From Pseudogymnoascus verrucosus (Eukaryota): 64,000 nucleotides of DNA. Of the stretch, positions 37,927 through 48,447 are shown piece by piece. Where the stretch lies: assembly GCA_001662655.1 (NCBI GenBank), contig KV460222.1, one strand, 5' to 3'. The notes beneath the pieces were generated by a model, which was not told the DNA's origin, searched no databases, and was given only the letters and a program-made list of their open reading frames with translations. Both the position numbers and the translations under genes were made by a program. Numbering within the stretch: the first letter of the stretch is position 1; every line of letters begins with the position of its first letter.

Positions 37927-40612
37927 CTTGAATGATTGTCGAGTCGTTGGTGGTTGTCGATAATCCTCAAAAAGAATCTCTTCAAATTCGTCGTTAACCC
38001 ACAAGCGGTACACACCTCCAATTTTTGGCGCGCAGGGCATGGTGCCCTAATCTGTTTTCTAACGTATCTTACCTAAGCCGTTTTCGCTTGGCTTGGAGGG
38101 TGGATGTCACGTGGTTTACCCACCCTAAAACTTCTTGGGTTCGGTGTTAGTGCCAAGTAGCATTACATAAGCGAAACCCTCGCTGAATTCCAACGGAGCT
38201 ATCATCACTTTAATACGTAATCACATGATCTACGGAGGTGGTAGCAACACTTCGGACCCGAACAACACCCCTACAAACCCGGGCCTTGGCACCCCTCCTC
38301 GGCCGACGCCACCACACCCCTATCGCAATGTCCGCGTGGATCCCTCTGTGAGATGACAGCGTTGGCGCGTGGTGATGTCGCTGGTACTTGCTGGGATTGT
38401 TTGGTCATCCCTGGGAGGTCGGTGAGAGAGGGAAGGTCAAGGAAGGAAGACTCATACGGCGGACTCACTCAGTCATAGTGATAGAGATAGAGCTTACTCT
38501 CGGTGGTCTGGGGGGCCTTGCCGGGTCCGAGAGGTGATGGGGGCCGGCGTGGTGAGGAGGGGTGGTGAGTGGTTGGATAGATGGATGGGGAGCTTGGGTA
38601 TGGATAGGGATAGGGATGTGAATGGATATAGAGGCTGACGGTGCTGACAGGAATACGGATGAATGTGGAAGTGCTGTGGTCAGCGTGGATATACATGCAT
38701 ATATGCATATATACATCTGATAACGGCGGCGGGAGTACTCTCGGGTGAGGCTGGATAGGGAACGAGGATGGATGGTACGGCGGACAGCACGGTGACTATG
38801 TTACTACAACCCATGTGGTAGGGCGTTGTGCGCTGTGGGATTTGGGGAGGAAGGCGAGGGACGGGAGGGCAGGTGCTGTAGGTGATGCGGTCAAGCTGTG
38901 ACTGGAACTGTAAGTTGTGTCGCATCGGTATGCACGCCCCGACAGCCGTCACAGCAGTAATTACTACTGTATAGTACATACATACTGTGGTACTGTCTGT
39001 ACTACTATCTGGATATCACCGTTACAACCAGCGACGACGACGATGATCCAGCCAGCCAGCAGCTACACCACCACCGATCCGACCCCCCTATGAGATTCGA
39101 AAGGCTTGGTTTAGTCGACGGTGGTGATTACGTACGTACGGACGTACCAGTCGCGGGTGCGGAGTGCGAGACGATCCGAGAGAGTACGATGGGCGCTACG
39201 ACGAGGAGGGCTGGAATTGGTAAGCTTGGGTCGCGGCGTGGTCCCGCTTTTTGGTGGCTTTGATAGAGGAGAGTGGGTAGTGGAGGAGGGACTGGGAATG
39301 GGACTGGGGAATCTCCCGTCGTCGCTGGCTGGGTGGGTGTCGCTTAGAGGGGTGGAGGAGAGGAGGAAGGCAGCAGTAAAGGGAAGTAAGGAAGGAGAGG
39401 GTGCAGGATGGTGAAGAGGTAAGAGAGTGGTGACAGAGTGGTGGGGGATTTGTGTGGTTGATAGCAGGTGTATGCCACTCGTCGTCTCGGTGTCGTCTTC
39501 AAGAGACTGTTGAAGCAATTGATATTCATATCCCCTACCACCACAACACAATCAACAACTCCCAATCCAATCCAATCCAATCCCATCCAATCCCAAAATA
39601 AACGCTGTGTCAAAGTTCCAGACTGGACTCCTCCTTCTAGAGTTCTAGAGTAAAGTAGTGTGGGGCAAAAGGAAATGATACAGTACTCATACCCATCCCA
39701 TCCCTCCCAACTCCGTACCATACCTACCCTTTTTGCATGGTATCCCACGTCTGCCTAACTTTTTATGCACGGTCGGTGGTAAGAGTTATGAATAAATCCC
39801 GTTTTTATTTGCGACTAGGTTTAGTATAGTGACTGACGACGGCTTGGATGCGTCGCAATGGGAAAAGTACATGGTATATCACCCTAAAGTAAGCATTTTT
39901 CTCGGGGGATATCCAACACCCGAGAGATGCTCAGTGGTTGTTTAGCTGGTTGGCGTGGCTGTAGTGGCTGTAGTCGCAACAAGCGCCACGCGTGGTTGGC
40001 CTGTTAATGTATGGAAACAGCTATAGCAGCCATACCAAACCCACCCTTTGTATCTTCTACCGCCTCTTCTCTCCCTTCCCTCGTACTTCGGACCCGGCGT
40101 CACCCTCGTACCTCGCATCCCTCGCATACTTCGCATGTATAACCCCACCGAGCGGACGCATCAAGCTCCGGCGAAGAAAGTTATGGACAGTCTCTCAACA
40201 GAGGCAAAAAACAACTGTCATACATAATAACAACCACTCAAAACAACCACACCCCTCCCAAACTCCGTAGCATATCTAATTAAATCTTGGGTTACCTCCG
40301 TACCCTATCTCCATATTCTACTTTGCTTGTCACATATATACCTATCGTGCCCTCTCCCTCTTCTTGCTCTTTGTCCCTTTCTCTTCTTCTACTATACGCT
40401 TTTGCATAAATAATTTACCCCACACGAACGACGACACGGTTGAATACCGAACCGCGTGTGCAAACCGGCTATAACATAATACGGCGCTCCTTGCTTCTAC
40501 TTCTAATCTCCATGTCTGTCTGAGACTTTTTCATTCTTCATTCAGAGCGTAACACACACTGCAAAAGCACAGCACAGGAGCTGGTGCCACCGCTCCCCAC
40601 GCTGCTGCAGCC

Positions 40613-43600
40613 ATGGGGTCTCACCCCTCCGAAAAAGACCTCGAGGTCCCGACAGCCACCCCCTCCACAAACGGCGACTCGTCTACCGACGACGTCGAGA
40701 GCGCCAACTACCGCAAGGCCGTCGACAACAAGGAGACCGGGTCGCCTGCCCACAAGGACGAGGCCGACCTCAAGAAACTCGACTCCAATGTCATTAAAGT
40801 CAAGGACGAGGACGACGATCCCTTCCGCCACTTGCCAGCCGACGAGGCTGAGATCCTGAAGCGACAGGTCGATATTCCCGTCGTCACCTCCACATACTGG
40901 ACCCTGTACCGCTATGCCACCTTCAACGACAAGCTTATCATCGCGCTGAGCTGCGTCTGCGCCATCGCGGCCGGCGCGGCGCTGCCTCTCATGACCATTG
41001 TCTTTGGTAACCTGGCGGGCCAGTTCCAGGGCCTCTTCCTCGGGTCGATCCCCAAGGAGGAATTCAAGGGGATTCTCTCACACAATGTTTTGTATTTTAT
41101 CTATATCGCCGTCGCCGAGTTCGTTACGGTCTACATCTTCACGGTCGGGTTTATCTATACGGGAGAGCATATGAGCGGGAAGATCAGAGAGCGCTATTTG
41201 GAGGCGTGTATGAGGCAGAATGTTGGGTTCTTCGATAAGCTTGGTGCCGGTGAGATTACCACGCGCATCACGGCGGATACGAATCTGGTGCAGGACGGTA
41301 TGTCTGAGAAGGTCGGCCTCACCCTTGCGGCAGTGGCGACTTTCGTCACGGCCTTCGTCATTGGTTTCATCAAGTACTGGAAACTCACTCTCATCCTGTC
41401 TTCCACGGTCTTTGCGATCGTCTTCCTCATGGGCGGCCTGTCGCGCTTCATCGTCAAGTATAACAAGAAATCCCTCGAGTCGTACGCCCTGGGCGGCACC
41501 ATCGCCGAGGAGGTCATCAGCTCCATCCGCAATGCGACCGCCTTCGGCACACAAGACAAGCTGGCCAGGCAGTACGATCTGCATCTCGCCGAGGCCGAGA
41601 AGTGGGGTTACAAGGTCAAGGTCATTCTCGGGTTCATGATCGGAGGCATGATGGGTATCGTGTATCTCAACTACGGTCTTGCTTTCTGGCAGGGCGCCAA
41701 GATGATCGTTAACGGCGAGACGGCGCTCAGCAACATTTTGACGACCCTGCTGGCTATCATGATTGGTGCTTTCTCGTTCGGAAACGTCGCGCCTAACATC
41801 CAGGCTTTCACCACTGCTACGTCTGCTGCTGCAAAGATCTTCAACACTATCGATCGCGTGTCTCCGCTGGACTCCTCGGACGATAAGGGAATCAAGCTCG
41901 AGCACGTTGAGGGAACCGTCGAGCTCCGCAATATCAAGCACATCTACCCCTCGCGCCCTGAAGTCACCGTTATGGAGGACGTCAGCCTTTTGATCCCAGC
42001 TGGTAAGAAGACCGCTCTCGTTGGCGCATCTGGTTCCGGAAAGAGTACCATTGTTGGTCTCGTCGAGCGCTTCTACGATCCCGTCAAGGGTAACGTGTAC
42101 CTTGATGGCCACGATGTCAGCACGCTCAACCTCAAGTGGCTGCGCAGCAACATCTCCCTTGTCGCCCAGGAGCCCGTCCTCTTCGGCACTACTATCCTGG
42201 AGAACATCCTCCACGGTCTCATCGGCACCAAGTACGAGCACGAGAGTCTCGAGAAGAAGACCGAGCTCGCTGTGGAGGCATCCAAGATGGCCAATGCCCA
42301 CGAGTTCGTTACAGGTCTTCCCGAGGGATACCAGACTCATGTTGGTGAGCGTGGATTCCTGCTCAGTGGAGGCCAGAAACAGCGTATTGCCATTGCTCGC
42401 GCGATGATCTCGGATCCTAAGATTCTGCTCCTCGATGAGGCTACATCTGCTCTTGATACCAAGTCTGAGGGTGTTGTCCAGGCTGCACTCGAAGTCGCGG
42501 CTGCTGGGAGAACTACTATTACTATCGCTCATCGTCTGTCTACTATTAAGGATGCCGACAATATCGTCGTTATGCAGGAAGGTCGCATCATCGAACAGGG
42601 TACCCACGATCAACTTTTGGAAGCTCAAGGCGCGTACTTCAGACTCGTCGAGGCGCAGAAGATTGCCGCTGTCAACGCCGTCACCGCCGAGGAACAGGCA
42701 GCTATTGACGCCGATGATGAGAAACTCGCTCGCCACATCTCCGAAACCGCAGGACAGGATTACATCGAAGACCCAGATGACAAGAACATCGCCAACAAGC
42801 TGAACCGCACCGCGACCGAGAAATCCCAATCCAGCGTAGCCCTCCAGAAGCGCGTTACCGAAGGGGAGCAGACCTACTCCCTCTGGACCCTCATCAAGCT
42901 CGTCGCCTCCTTCAACAAGAAAGAAACGCACCTCATGCTCGTTGGTCTCTTCTGGGCCATCATCTGCGGTGGCGGCAACCCCACCCAAGCCGTCTTCTTC
43001 GCCAAGCAAATCCTAACCCTCTCCTTCGCGCCCACCGCCTCCTCCCCCGCCCAGGTCATCAGCGACTCCAACTTCTGGAGTCTAATGTACCTCATGCTGG
43101 CCATCGTGCAATTTATCGCCTTCGCCATCCAAGGGTGGGCCTTCGCATTCTGCTCCGAGCGTCTCGTCCACCGCGTGCGCGACCAGGCTTTCCGCTCCAT
43201 GCTGCGCCAGGACATCGCCTTTTTTGACCGCGACGAGAATTCCGCAGGCGCACTGACATCTTTCCTCTCGACCGAGACGACGCACATCGCCGGTCTCTCC
43301 GGCGCCACCCTGGGCACGATTCTCACCGTCGTCGTGACCCTCATCGCCGCCCTCGCCGTCTCCATCGCAATCGGCTGGAAGCTCTCCCTCGTCGTCGCCT
43401 CTACAATCCCCATCCTCCTCGGCTGCGGCTTCCTCCGCTTCTGGGTCCTGGCGCAATTCCAGAGCCGTTCGAAGAAGGCATACGAGTCCTCCGCTAGTTA
43501 CGCGTGTGAAGCCACATCAGCTATCCGCACCGTCGCTTCGCTCACCCGCGAGAACGACGTGCTGGACAAATACAAGGAGCAGCTCGCCTCGCAGGCAAGC

Positions 43601-44656
43601 GTCTCCCTCAGATCCACACTCCACTCCTCCACCCTCTACGCCGCCTCGCAATCGATGACCCTCCTCGTCATGGCCCTCGGGTTCTGGTACGGAGGCACTT
43701 TGCTCATCAACAAGGAATACACAATCTTCCAATTCTTCCTCTGCTTCGCCTCCATTATCTTCGGTGCCCAGTCCGCCGGAACCGTTTTCTCCTTCGCCCC
43801 CGACATGGGCAAGGCCAAGGAATCCGCCCGCGCCCTCAAGGTCCTCTTTGATCGCGTCCCGGCTATCGATTCCTGGTCCACTGAGGGAGAACACCTCGAG
43901 TCTATGGATGGGACGATTGAATTCCGCGATGTCCATTTCCGCTACCCCACTCGCCCAGAACAGCCCGTCCTCCGCGGCCTAAACCTCACCGTCAAGCCAG
44001 GCCAATACGTCGCCCTAGTCGGTGCCTCCGGGTGCGGGAAATCCACGACCATCGCGCTTTTGGAGCGTTTCTACGACCCCCTCGTCGGCGGTGTCTTCGT
44101 GGATGGGAAGGAGATTTCCACGCTCAATATCGCGAATTACCGCTCCTACCTCGCCCTCGTCAGCCAGGAACCTACGCTCTACCAGGGCTCGATCAGGGAT
44201 AACATCTTGTTGGGAGCAGACCGCGATGACGTCCCTGATTCCGAAATCGAGCATGCGTGTCGCGAGGCCAATATCTACGATTTCATCATGTCCCTCCCCG
44301 ACGGCTTCGGTACCGTCGTCGGTAGCAAAGGCTCTATGTTGTCTGGTGGGCAGAAACAGCGTATCGCCATCGCGCGCGCCTTACTTCGCGACCCCAAGAT
44401 TTTACTGCTGGATGAGGCCACGTCAGCGCTGGATTCGGAGTCTGAGCATGTGGTGCAGGCGGCGCTGGATGCGGCTGCGAAGGGGAGGACGACGGTTGCG
44501 GTGGCGCATAGGCTGTCGACGATTCAGAAGGCGGATGTGATTTATGTGTTTGATCAGGGGAGGGTGGTGGAGCAGGGGACGCATGGGGAGTTGATGAAAC
44601 GGGCGGGACGGTATGCGGAGTTGGTTAATTTGCAGCAGTTGGGGAGGAATAATTAG
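40613..44656 (+). CDS. Full-size ABCB (MDR/P-glycoprotein) multidrug transporter, intronless
   Basis: 1347 aa, TMD-NBD-TMD-NBD; Walker A GASGSGKS and GASGCGKS; two LSGGQKQRIAIARA signatures; LLLDEATSALD twice. Confidence 0.97.
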   Translation: MGSHPSEKDLEVPTATPSTNGDSSTDDVESANYRKAVDNKETGSPAHKDEADLKKLDSNVIKVKDEDDDPFRHLPADEAEILKRQVDIPVVTSTYWTLYRYATFNDKLIIALSCVCAIAAGAALPLMTIVFGNLAGQFQGLFLGSIPKEEFKGILSHNVLYFIYIAVAEFVTVYIFTVGFIYTGEHMSGKIRERYLEACMRQNVGFFDKLGAGEITTRITADTNLVQDGMSEKVGLTLAAVATFVTAFVIGFIKYWKLTLILSSTVFAIVFLMGGLSRFIVKYNKKSLESYALGGTIAEEVISSIRNATAFGTQDKLARQYDLHLAEAEKWGYKVKVILGFMIGGMMGIVYLNYGLAFWQGAKMIVNGETALSNILTTLLAIMIGAFSFGNVAPNIQAFTTATSAAAKIFNTIDRVSPLDSSDDKGIKLEHVEGTVELRNIKHIYPSRPEVTVMEDVSLLIPAGKKTALVGASGSGKSTIVGLVERFYDPVKGNVYLDGHDVSTLNLKWLRSNISLVAQEPVLFGTTILENILHGLIGTKYEHESLEKKTELAVEASKMANAHEFVTGLPEGYQTHVGERGFLLSGGQKQRIAIARAMISDPKILLLDEATSALDTKSEGVVQAALEVAAAGRTTITIAHRLSTIKDADNIVVMQEGRIIEQGTHDQLLEAQGAYFRLVEAQKIAAVNAVTAEEQAAIDADDEKLARHISETAGQDYIEDPDDKNIANKLNRTATEKSQSSVALQKRVTEGEQTYSLWTLIKLVASFNKKETHLMLVGLFWAIICGGGNPTQAVFFAKQILTLSFAPTASSPAQVISDSNFWSLMYLMLAIVQFIAFAIQGWAFAFCSERLVHRVRDQAFRSMLRQDIAFFDRDENSAGALTSFLSTETTHIAGLSGATLGTILTVVVTLIAALAVSIAIGWKLSLVVASTIPILLGCGFLRFWVLAQFQSRSKKAYESSASYACEATSAIRTVASLTRENDVLDKYKEQLASQASVSLRSTLHSSTLYAASQSMTLLVMALGFWYGGTLLINKEYTIFQFFLCFASIIFGAQSAGTVFSFAPDMGKAKESARALKVLFDRVPAIDSWSTEGEHLESMDGTIEFRDVHFRYPTRPEQPVLRGLNLTVKPGQYVALVGASGCGKSTTIALLERFYDPLVGGVFVDGKEISTLNIANYRSYLALVSQEPTLYQGSIRDNILLGADRDDVPDSEIEHACREANIYDFIMSLPDGFGTVVGSKGSMLSGGQKQRIAIARALLRDPKILLLDEATSALDSESEHVVQAALDAAAKGRTTVAVAHRLSTIQKADVIYVFDQGRVVEQGTHGELMKRAGRYAELVNLQQLGRNN

Positions 44657-45258
44657 GTGTCTGCCTGATGTGTGTTGTGTAATTATAATTTCGATTTGGA
44701 AGTGGGAGATGTGGGAGATGTAGGGAGGATGGATGGGGAGATTTTTACATGGCCGTCTTGGGGGATAGAGAGATGGTTTGGCGTTCACACATATTTTTTT
44801 TTGTATAAGGGAGGAGAGAGAGAGAGAGTTGGATGAATGTCGAGATACCACGGCCATCGAAGCCAGGGGAAGAAGGGAAGGGGAAGCTCAACTCAGTTAC
44901 GCACACCATCATCTGCACAACGTCTGCGATGGGGACGGATTTTTTTAATTGTCATCATGTTAGCATATCATCATATCGTATATATATATTTATAGGAACA
45001 TAAACATCATATAAGAAGAAGTATCTACGACAGCGATCTATGTACAGCGCGCATTAGTACGGTGTGATGTGAGGGAAAATAGCACCACTCCTCCTTCGGG
45101 GCCGGCTTTAGACATGAGATATTCCAATCCCGCCAGTTATCCAATACCTACATCCCTCCGTAACAACAACGCACCCATCCACCAGCGCCCCTTCCATCTC
45201 TCCTCTCAATGAAGTTGTCGTGATAACCTCCGCCTCCTCGCCACCCAATCCAAACCAA

Positions 45259-45374
45259 GCTTTCGTGGCTCAGTTGGCTAGAGCGTTGGTCTCATATGTT
45301 GAATATGACGTTACTGAAATAAATAAACAGTCACGGTGATCCAAAGGTCGCAAGTTCGAGCCTTGCCGAGAGCA
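45259..45374 (+). tRNA. tRNA-Met(CAT), elongator type, with a 42-nt intron
   Basis: Acceptor GCTTTCG/CGAGAGC-A, D arm GCTC..GAGC, anticodon CAT at 45293-45295, intron 45297-45338 at the canonical 37/38 position, T arm GCAAG-TTCGAGC-CTTGC, T31:T39 mismatch typical of elongator Met, downstream T-run. Confidence 0.93.
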
Positions 45375-45463
45375 ATCTTTTTTTTGTTAACTTTCCTTTT
45401 GCCCTCCTCCCCTTTTAGATTTAAGATTAATATATCAAAAAAAAAAAAAAAAAATAGCAAAAA

Positions 45464-45528
45464 ACATACAACAGTGGGTATTCGCTGGTGGTCACCCACC
45501 CAACTACTAATCCACTGATCTCAAGCTT
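45464..45528 (-). rRNA. 5S rRNA gene, 3' half only (interrupted)
   Basis: Reverse complement reads AAGCTTGAGATCAGTGGATTAGTAGTTGGGTGGGTGACCACCAGCGAATACCCACTGTTGTATGT plus a T-run, the conserved 3' about 65 nt of Pezizomycotina 5S; homology stops abruptly at 45528. Confidence 0.9.
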
Positions 45529-45555
45529 TCAGTGGATTAATACTCAGGACGGTGC

Positions 45556-45849
45556 TGTAAGGCGGCCTCCTTACTCGGGTCAGTTACGGTCGTCACGTGG
45601 CGCCCTAGAGACTCGGGGCCGTTACGGTTCAATCGCGACTACGAGCCTTAGGCACATAGCGTAAGGAAGCCTTAGGCACACAGAGGGTTGAGTCGGAGGG
45701 GTTTCGGGTATTTAAAGAAAGGGGAACAGAGGGTTTCCCCTTCATCTTTTTTGTATCCTTCGTAGTAGACCTATAGGATTGTACCTACTCCTATCCGACT
45801 CGCACTCCCATATGCAACTTATCGTGATACGGTGCCCTGTGTCCTTACA
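45556..45849. mobile_element. Solo LTR (294 bp)
   Basis: Termini TGTAAGG...CCTTACA (7-bp inverted, TG..CA), internal direct repeat AGCCTTAGGCACA twice, TATA-like GTATTTAAAG; flanks GGTGC/TATAG do not form a TSD. Confidence 0.75.
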
Positions 45850-46960
45850 TATAGGGATAATGTAAAGATCTACGTAATCTACACTAGGGTTGTAAATAAG
45901 ATTAAAGGTAAGTTTAATCTATATTATACTTATTATCTTCTAATTGTACTAAGATCCTTAGATATACAAATAAGTTATAGGTTAGAAAAGCAATGCTATA
46001 TATAAGGAATACTATAGGTTAGGGCTTATTAAAGAAAATAGGAGAGGATAATAAAACTTTACTAAAACTAACTAGCAAGTTTCCTTTAATCTACTACCTT
46101 ATACTAGAACACAATTATATTACAAATGTATTATTAGTTACTAAAGATCTATAGAGTAAAGAAGGGTAGGCTGTTTTATAAGATCTATATAGTTTATATA
46201 TTAATAATAATTAAGTAGTATATTAACTAGATAAATAGCCTGTTAATAGAGTATGCCCTTATAATAATTATCTAACTATTATAGTAGAGTAAGCATAAGA
46301 TGTAATTCTAAGGTAATTAAAGCTAACTAATTTAGGCTAAGTCTTCTAATGTACTTAAAGCATATATATAATTATTACTAACATAAGCTATAAGATACCT
46401 AAAGTTAACAACCTAGCTTATACTCCTACTAGCTTTCGAACTAAAAGCTTCTATTTACTAAGTACTATTATACATATTATAAATGGAGTTATAGTAAAGA
46501 TAACTAGAATAACTATTATAAATAGTATCTTAAAAATCTAATAATAAGATATAGGCTTCTTACTTTTTGCTATATGCTTACTATTATAGGTTACTATCTA
46601 TACTATATAGGTAATAAGAGCCTTTCTCTATTATAAAGGATATAGTAATAGATAATAAAATCTATACTCCTTAATTATATTAATAAACACCTTAAGACTA
46701 GTATAAAAAAGAAATGTTTATATCCCTTATGTTACATACTACTTATAAACGCTTTAGACTCCTAAGCCTATTTTTAGAATGCTTATTATATTAAAGAACT
46801 ACGTTTAAACTATATAAGTAGGAAACGGAAGTGTAAAGATAATAAGGAAAATGAATAAGACATAAAGGGCAAGGCTTTAAACTATATAAGCAAAAAGGCA
46901 AAGAATGAGGACAAGAAGGTAGAGGGGGAAAATGTAGGACCTACAACAGTTATAAGATAA
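45850..46960 (+). pseudogene. RIP-degraded 3' half of a Starship captain (DUF3435 tyrosine recombinase)
   Basis: Very TpA-rich with no ORF. Reverting only T>C/A>G transitions gives, in order: YRDNVKIHAIRAGVANKI (45850-45903), intron donor at 45908, QVMGQKSDAVYEEYY (45971-46015), MPERDRIA...DLRSKEGQAVLQDLYSLC...VAYRP...GVCP (from 46101), FAEYCYTC..W...W.DHC.QHL, GYCPYCMGD (46589-46615), LLNHIDEHL and CPHPLC (46715-46732). Confidence 0.85.
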
Positions 46961-47880
46961 ATAATACTATTGTTGTTTTCAAATTGCGATTTAAACTGTG
47001 GCTTAAATTGCGGTTGCAGTTGCGGTTGCTAATTGTAGCTGACTTCTTGGACGAGAGTGGCTCTAAGAGCATTTCCGGTATTAGTCATAAGCACACAATT
47101 CCAGATTCGGCACTAAATACATTCCGCAGGTGTACCAAAAACTGTTAAGATCACGTGGCGAAGGGCGACAAATTGCGGTTGCCAATTGTGGCTGACGATG
47201 TTGTGAGGAGAGCCATTAACGATGTTGGCGTGGTGCAAACCGTCGTCGCTCTGAAACTAAGATTACGTCTCAGATGCGGATTCAACTGTGGCTCTAATCC
47301 CACGTCCGGTTGCCATCTATGCTGTGAGTGAGAGTGGTAATAAGTTGACGGAAATAATGGCTCACAATTTGAAAGAGCAGCAATCTGCTGGCCATCATCC
47401 GGTGATACCAGCTGTGGACCACACACCTCAACTTTATGCTGCAAAGTGCGACTCACACGTAAGTAAACCACTACGACCGCGTAAATGCTCTGTGGCACCG
47501 TTATCGTCCCTCGTCTTGAAAACCTAGATACACCTGACGTATCGCACCCAAGGCGGGGATACCAGTCGCTTTAATGCAGGCTTGGGGAGATGTTGCCGTT
47601 GGTCCGTCATAGAGCTCATTATTTCTTCAGCGGTTGATATTCTTCGATTCTTATTGTAAATGAAGTTCATATTGATGGTATTTGGGTACTTGAAACCCAA
47701 CGACCTCCAGCCATTATCCTCCACCAATTATCCTCCACCCAATTACCCTCCACCCAATTACCCTCCACCCAATTACCCTCCACCTACGCCTCACAACATA
47801 ATCAGCCACAGTTGGCAACCACAACTACAACTCAAGCCTCAGTTTGAATTGCAATTTGAGAACGACAATAGTTTATATTA
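46960..47880. repeat. Imperfect ~90-bp inverted repeats with further partial internal copies
   Basis: 46965-47043 (ACTATTGTTGTTTTCAAATTGCGATTTAAACTGTGGCTT...) matches the reverse complement of 47790-47875; a partial copy at 47170-47208 and a more diverged one near 47240-47325. Confidence 0.6.
47711..47784 (+). repeat. 15-bp tandem repeat (AATTACCCTCCACCC), about 5 copies
   Basis: Directly visible; would encode (NYPPP)n in ORF 47660-47899. Confidence 0.9.
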
Positions 47881-48447
47881 TTTATATTATGACATATGAT
47901 TCTAGTTGCAGGCAAACGTAGAACTGTCACCACTTCCTGTTTTACGATAGCCCCGGTGACTCCTTGGCTGGCTCGTCTTTTCACTTCCGTGTGATATTTC
48001 GATTGTATGAAATGCTATTTACATGGTAGTGATGTTACACTAATTTTGACACTAATTTGGTGCCTGAGACTTGCCCGCGCCGCAGCATCTCAAGCCCTGT
48101 AGCTAGGTTATGCAACCGCCATTAATCATTTTACTCGGGGGTGGTTTCAGCTTCTCTTCCGAGTGTCACGAGACCATTGCTATAGCAAGGCTTTATAGGC
48201 CAATACTTAAGCCGTTATGCCATATCAGTGATGATGGCTCTATCATATCATATATCTCTTCGAACAGTGGTCTAAAACCTTGCCTCATTTCTTAACACGT
48301 CTCTAGTTTAAGAGCTTCATTCTGAGACAGATCCACATAGATCAAAAGACATCTTGATATCATTGTGAGCATCACTCTACCGAGTTTAGTATCCGCAGCA
48401 TTAATGAGTATAATTCAAAAATTTGTCGGCTATATGAAAATTGGCGA

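Noticed and set aside
38100..40600. Many short ORFs between RPL39 and the ABC transporter (also 33300-35100)
   Set aside because: Low-complexity purine/pyrimidine-rich promoter and UTR sequence; no coherent exon chain or motif.
41078..43009. 643 aa antisense ORF, plus other long shadow ORFs (e.g. 25695-26462, 21711-22412, 7384-8037)
   Set aside because: They lie exactly opposite well-supported genes; strong GC3 codon bias suppresses stops on the antisense strand, and no motifs are present.
45850..46960. AT-rich tract as the internal gag/pol region of the adjacent LTR
   Set aside because: Reverted translation gives tyrosine-recombinase/captain motifs and spliceosomal introns; no PBS, RT or integrase motifs are visible.
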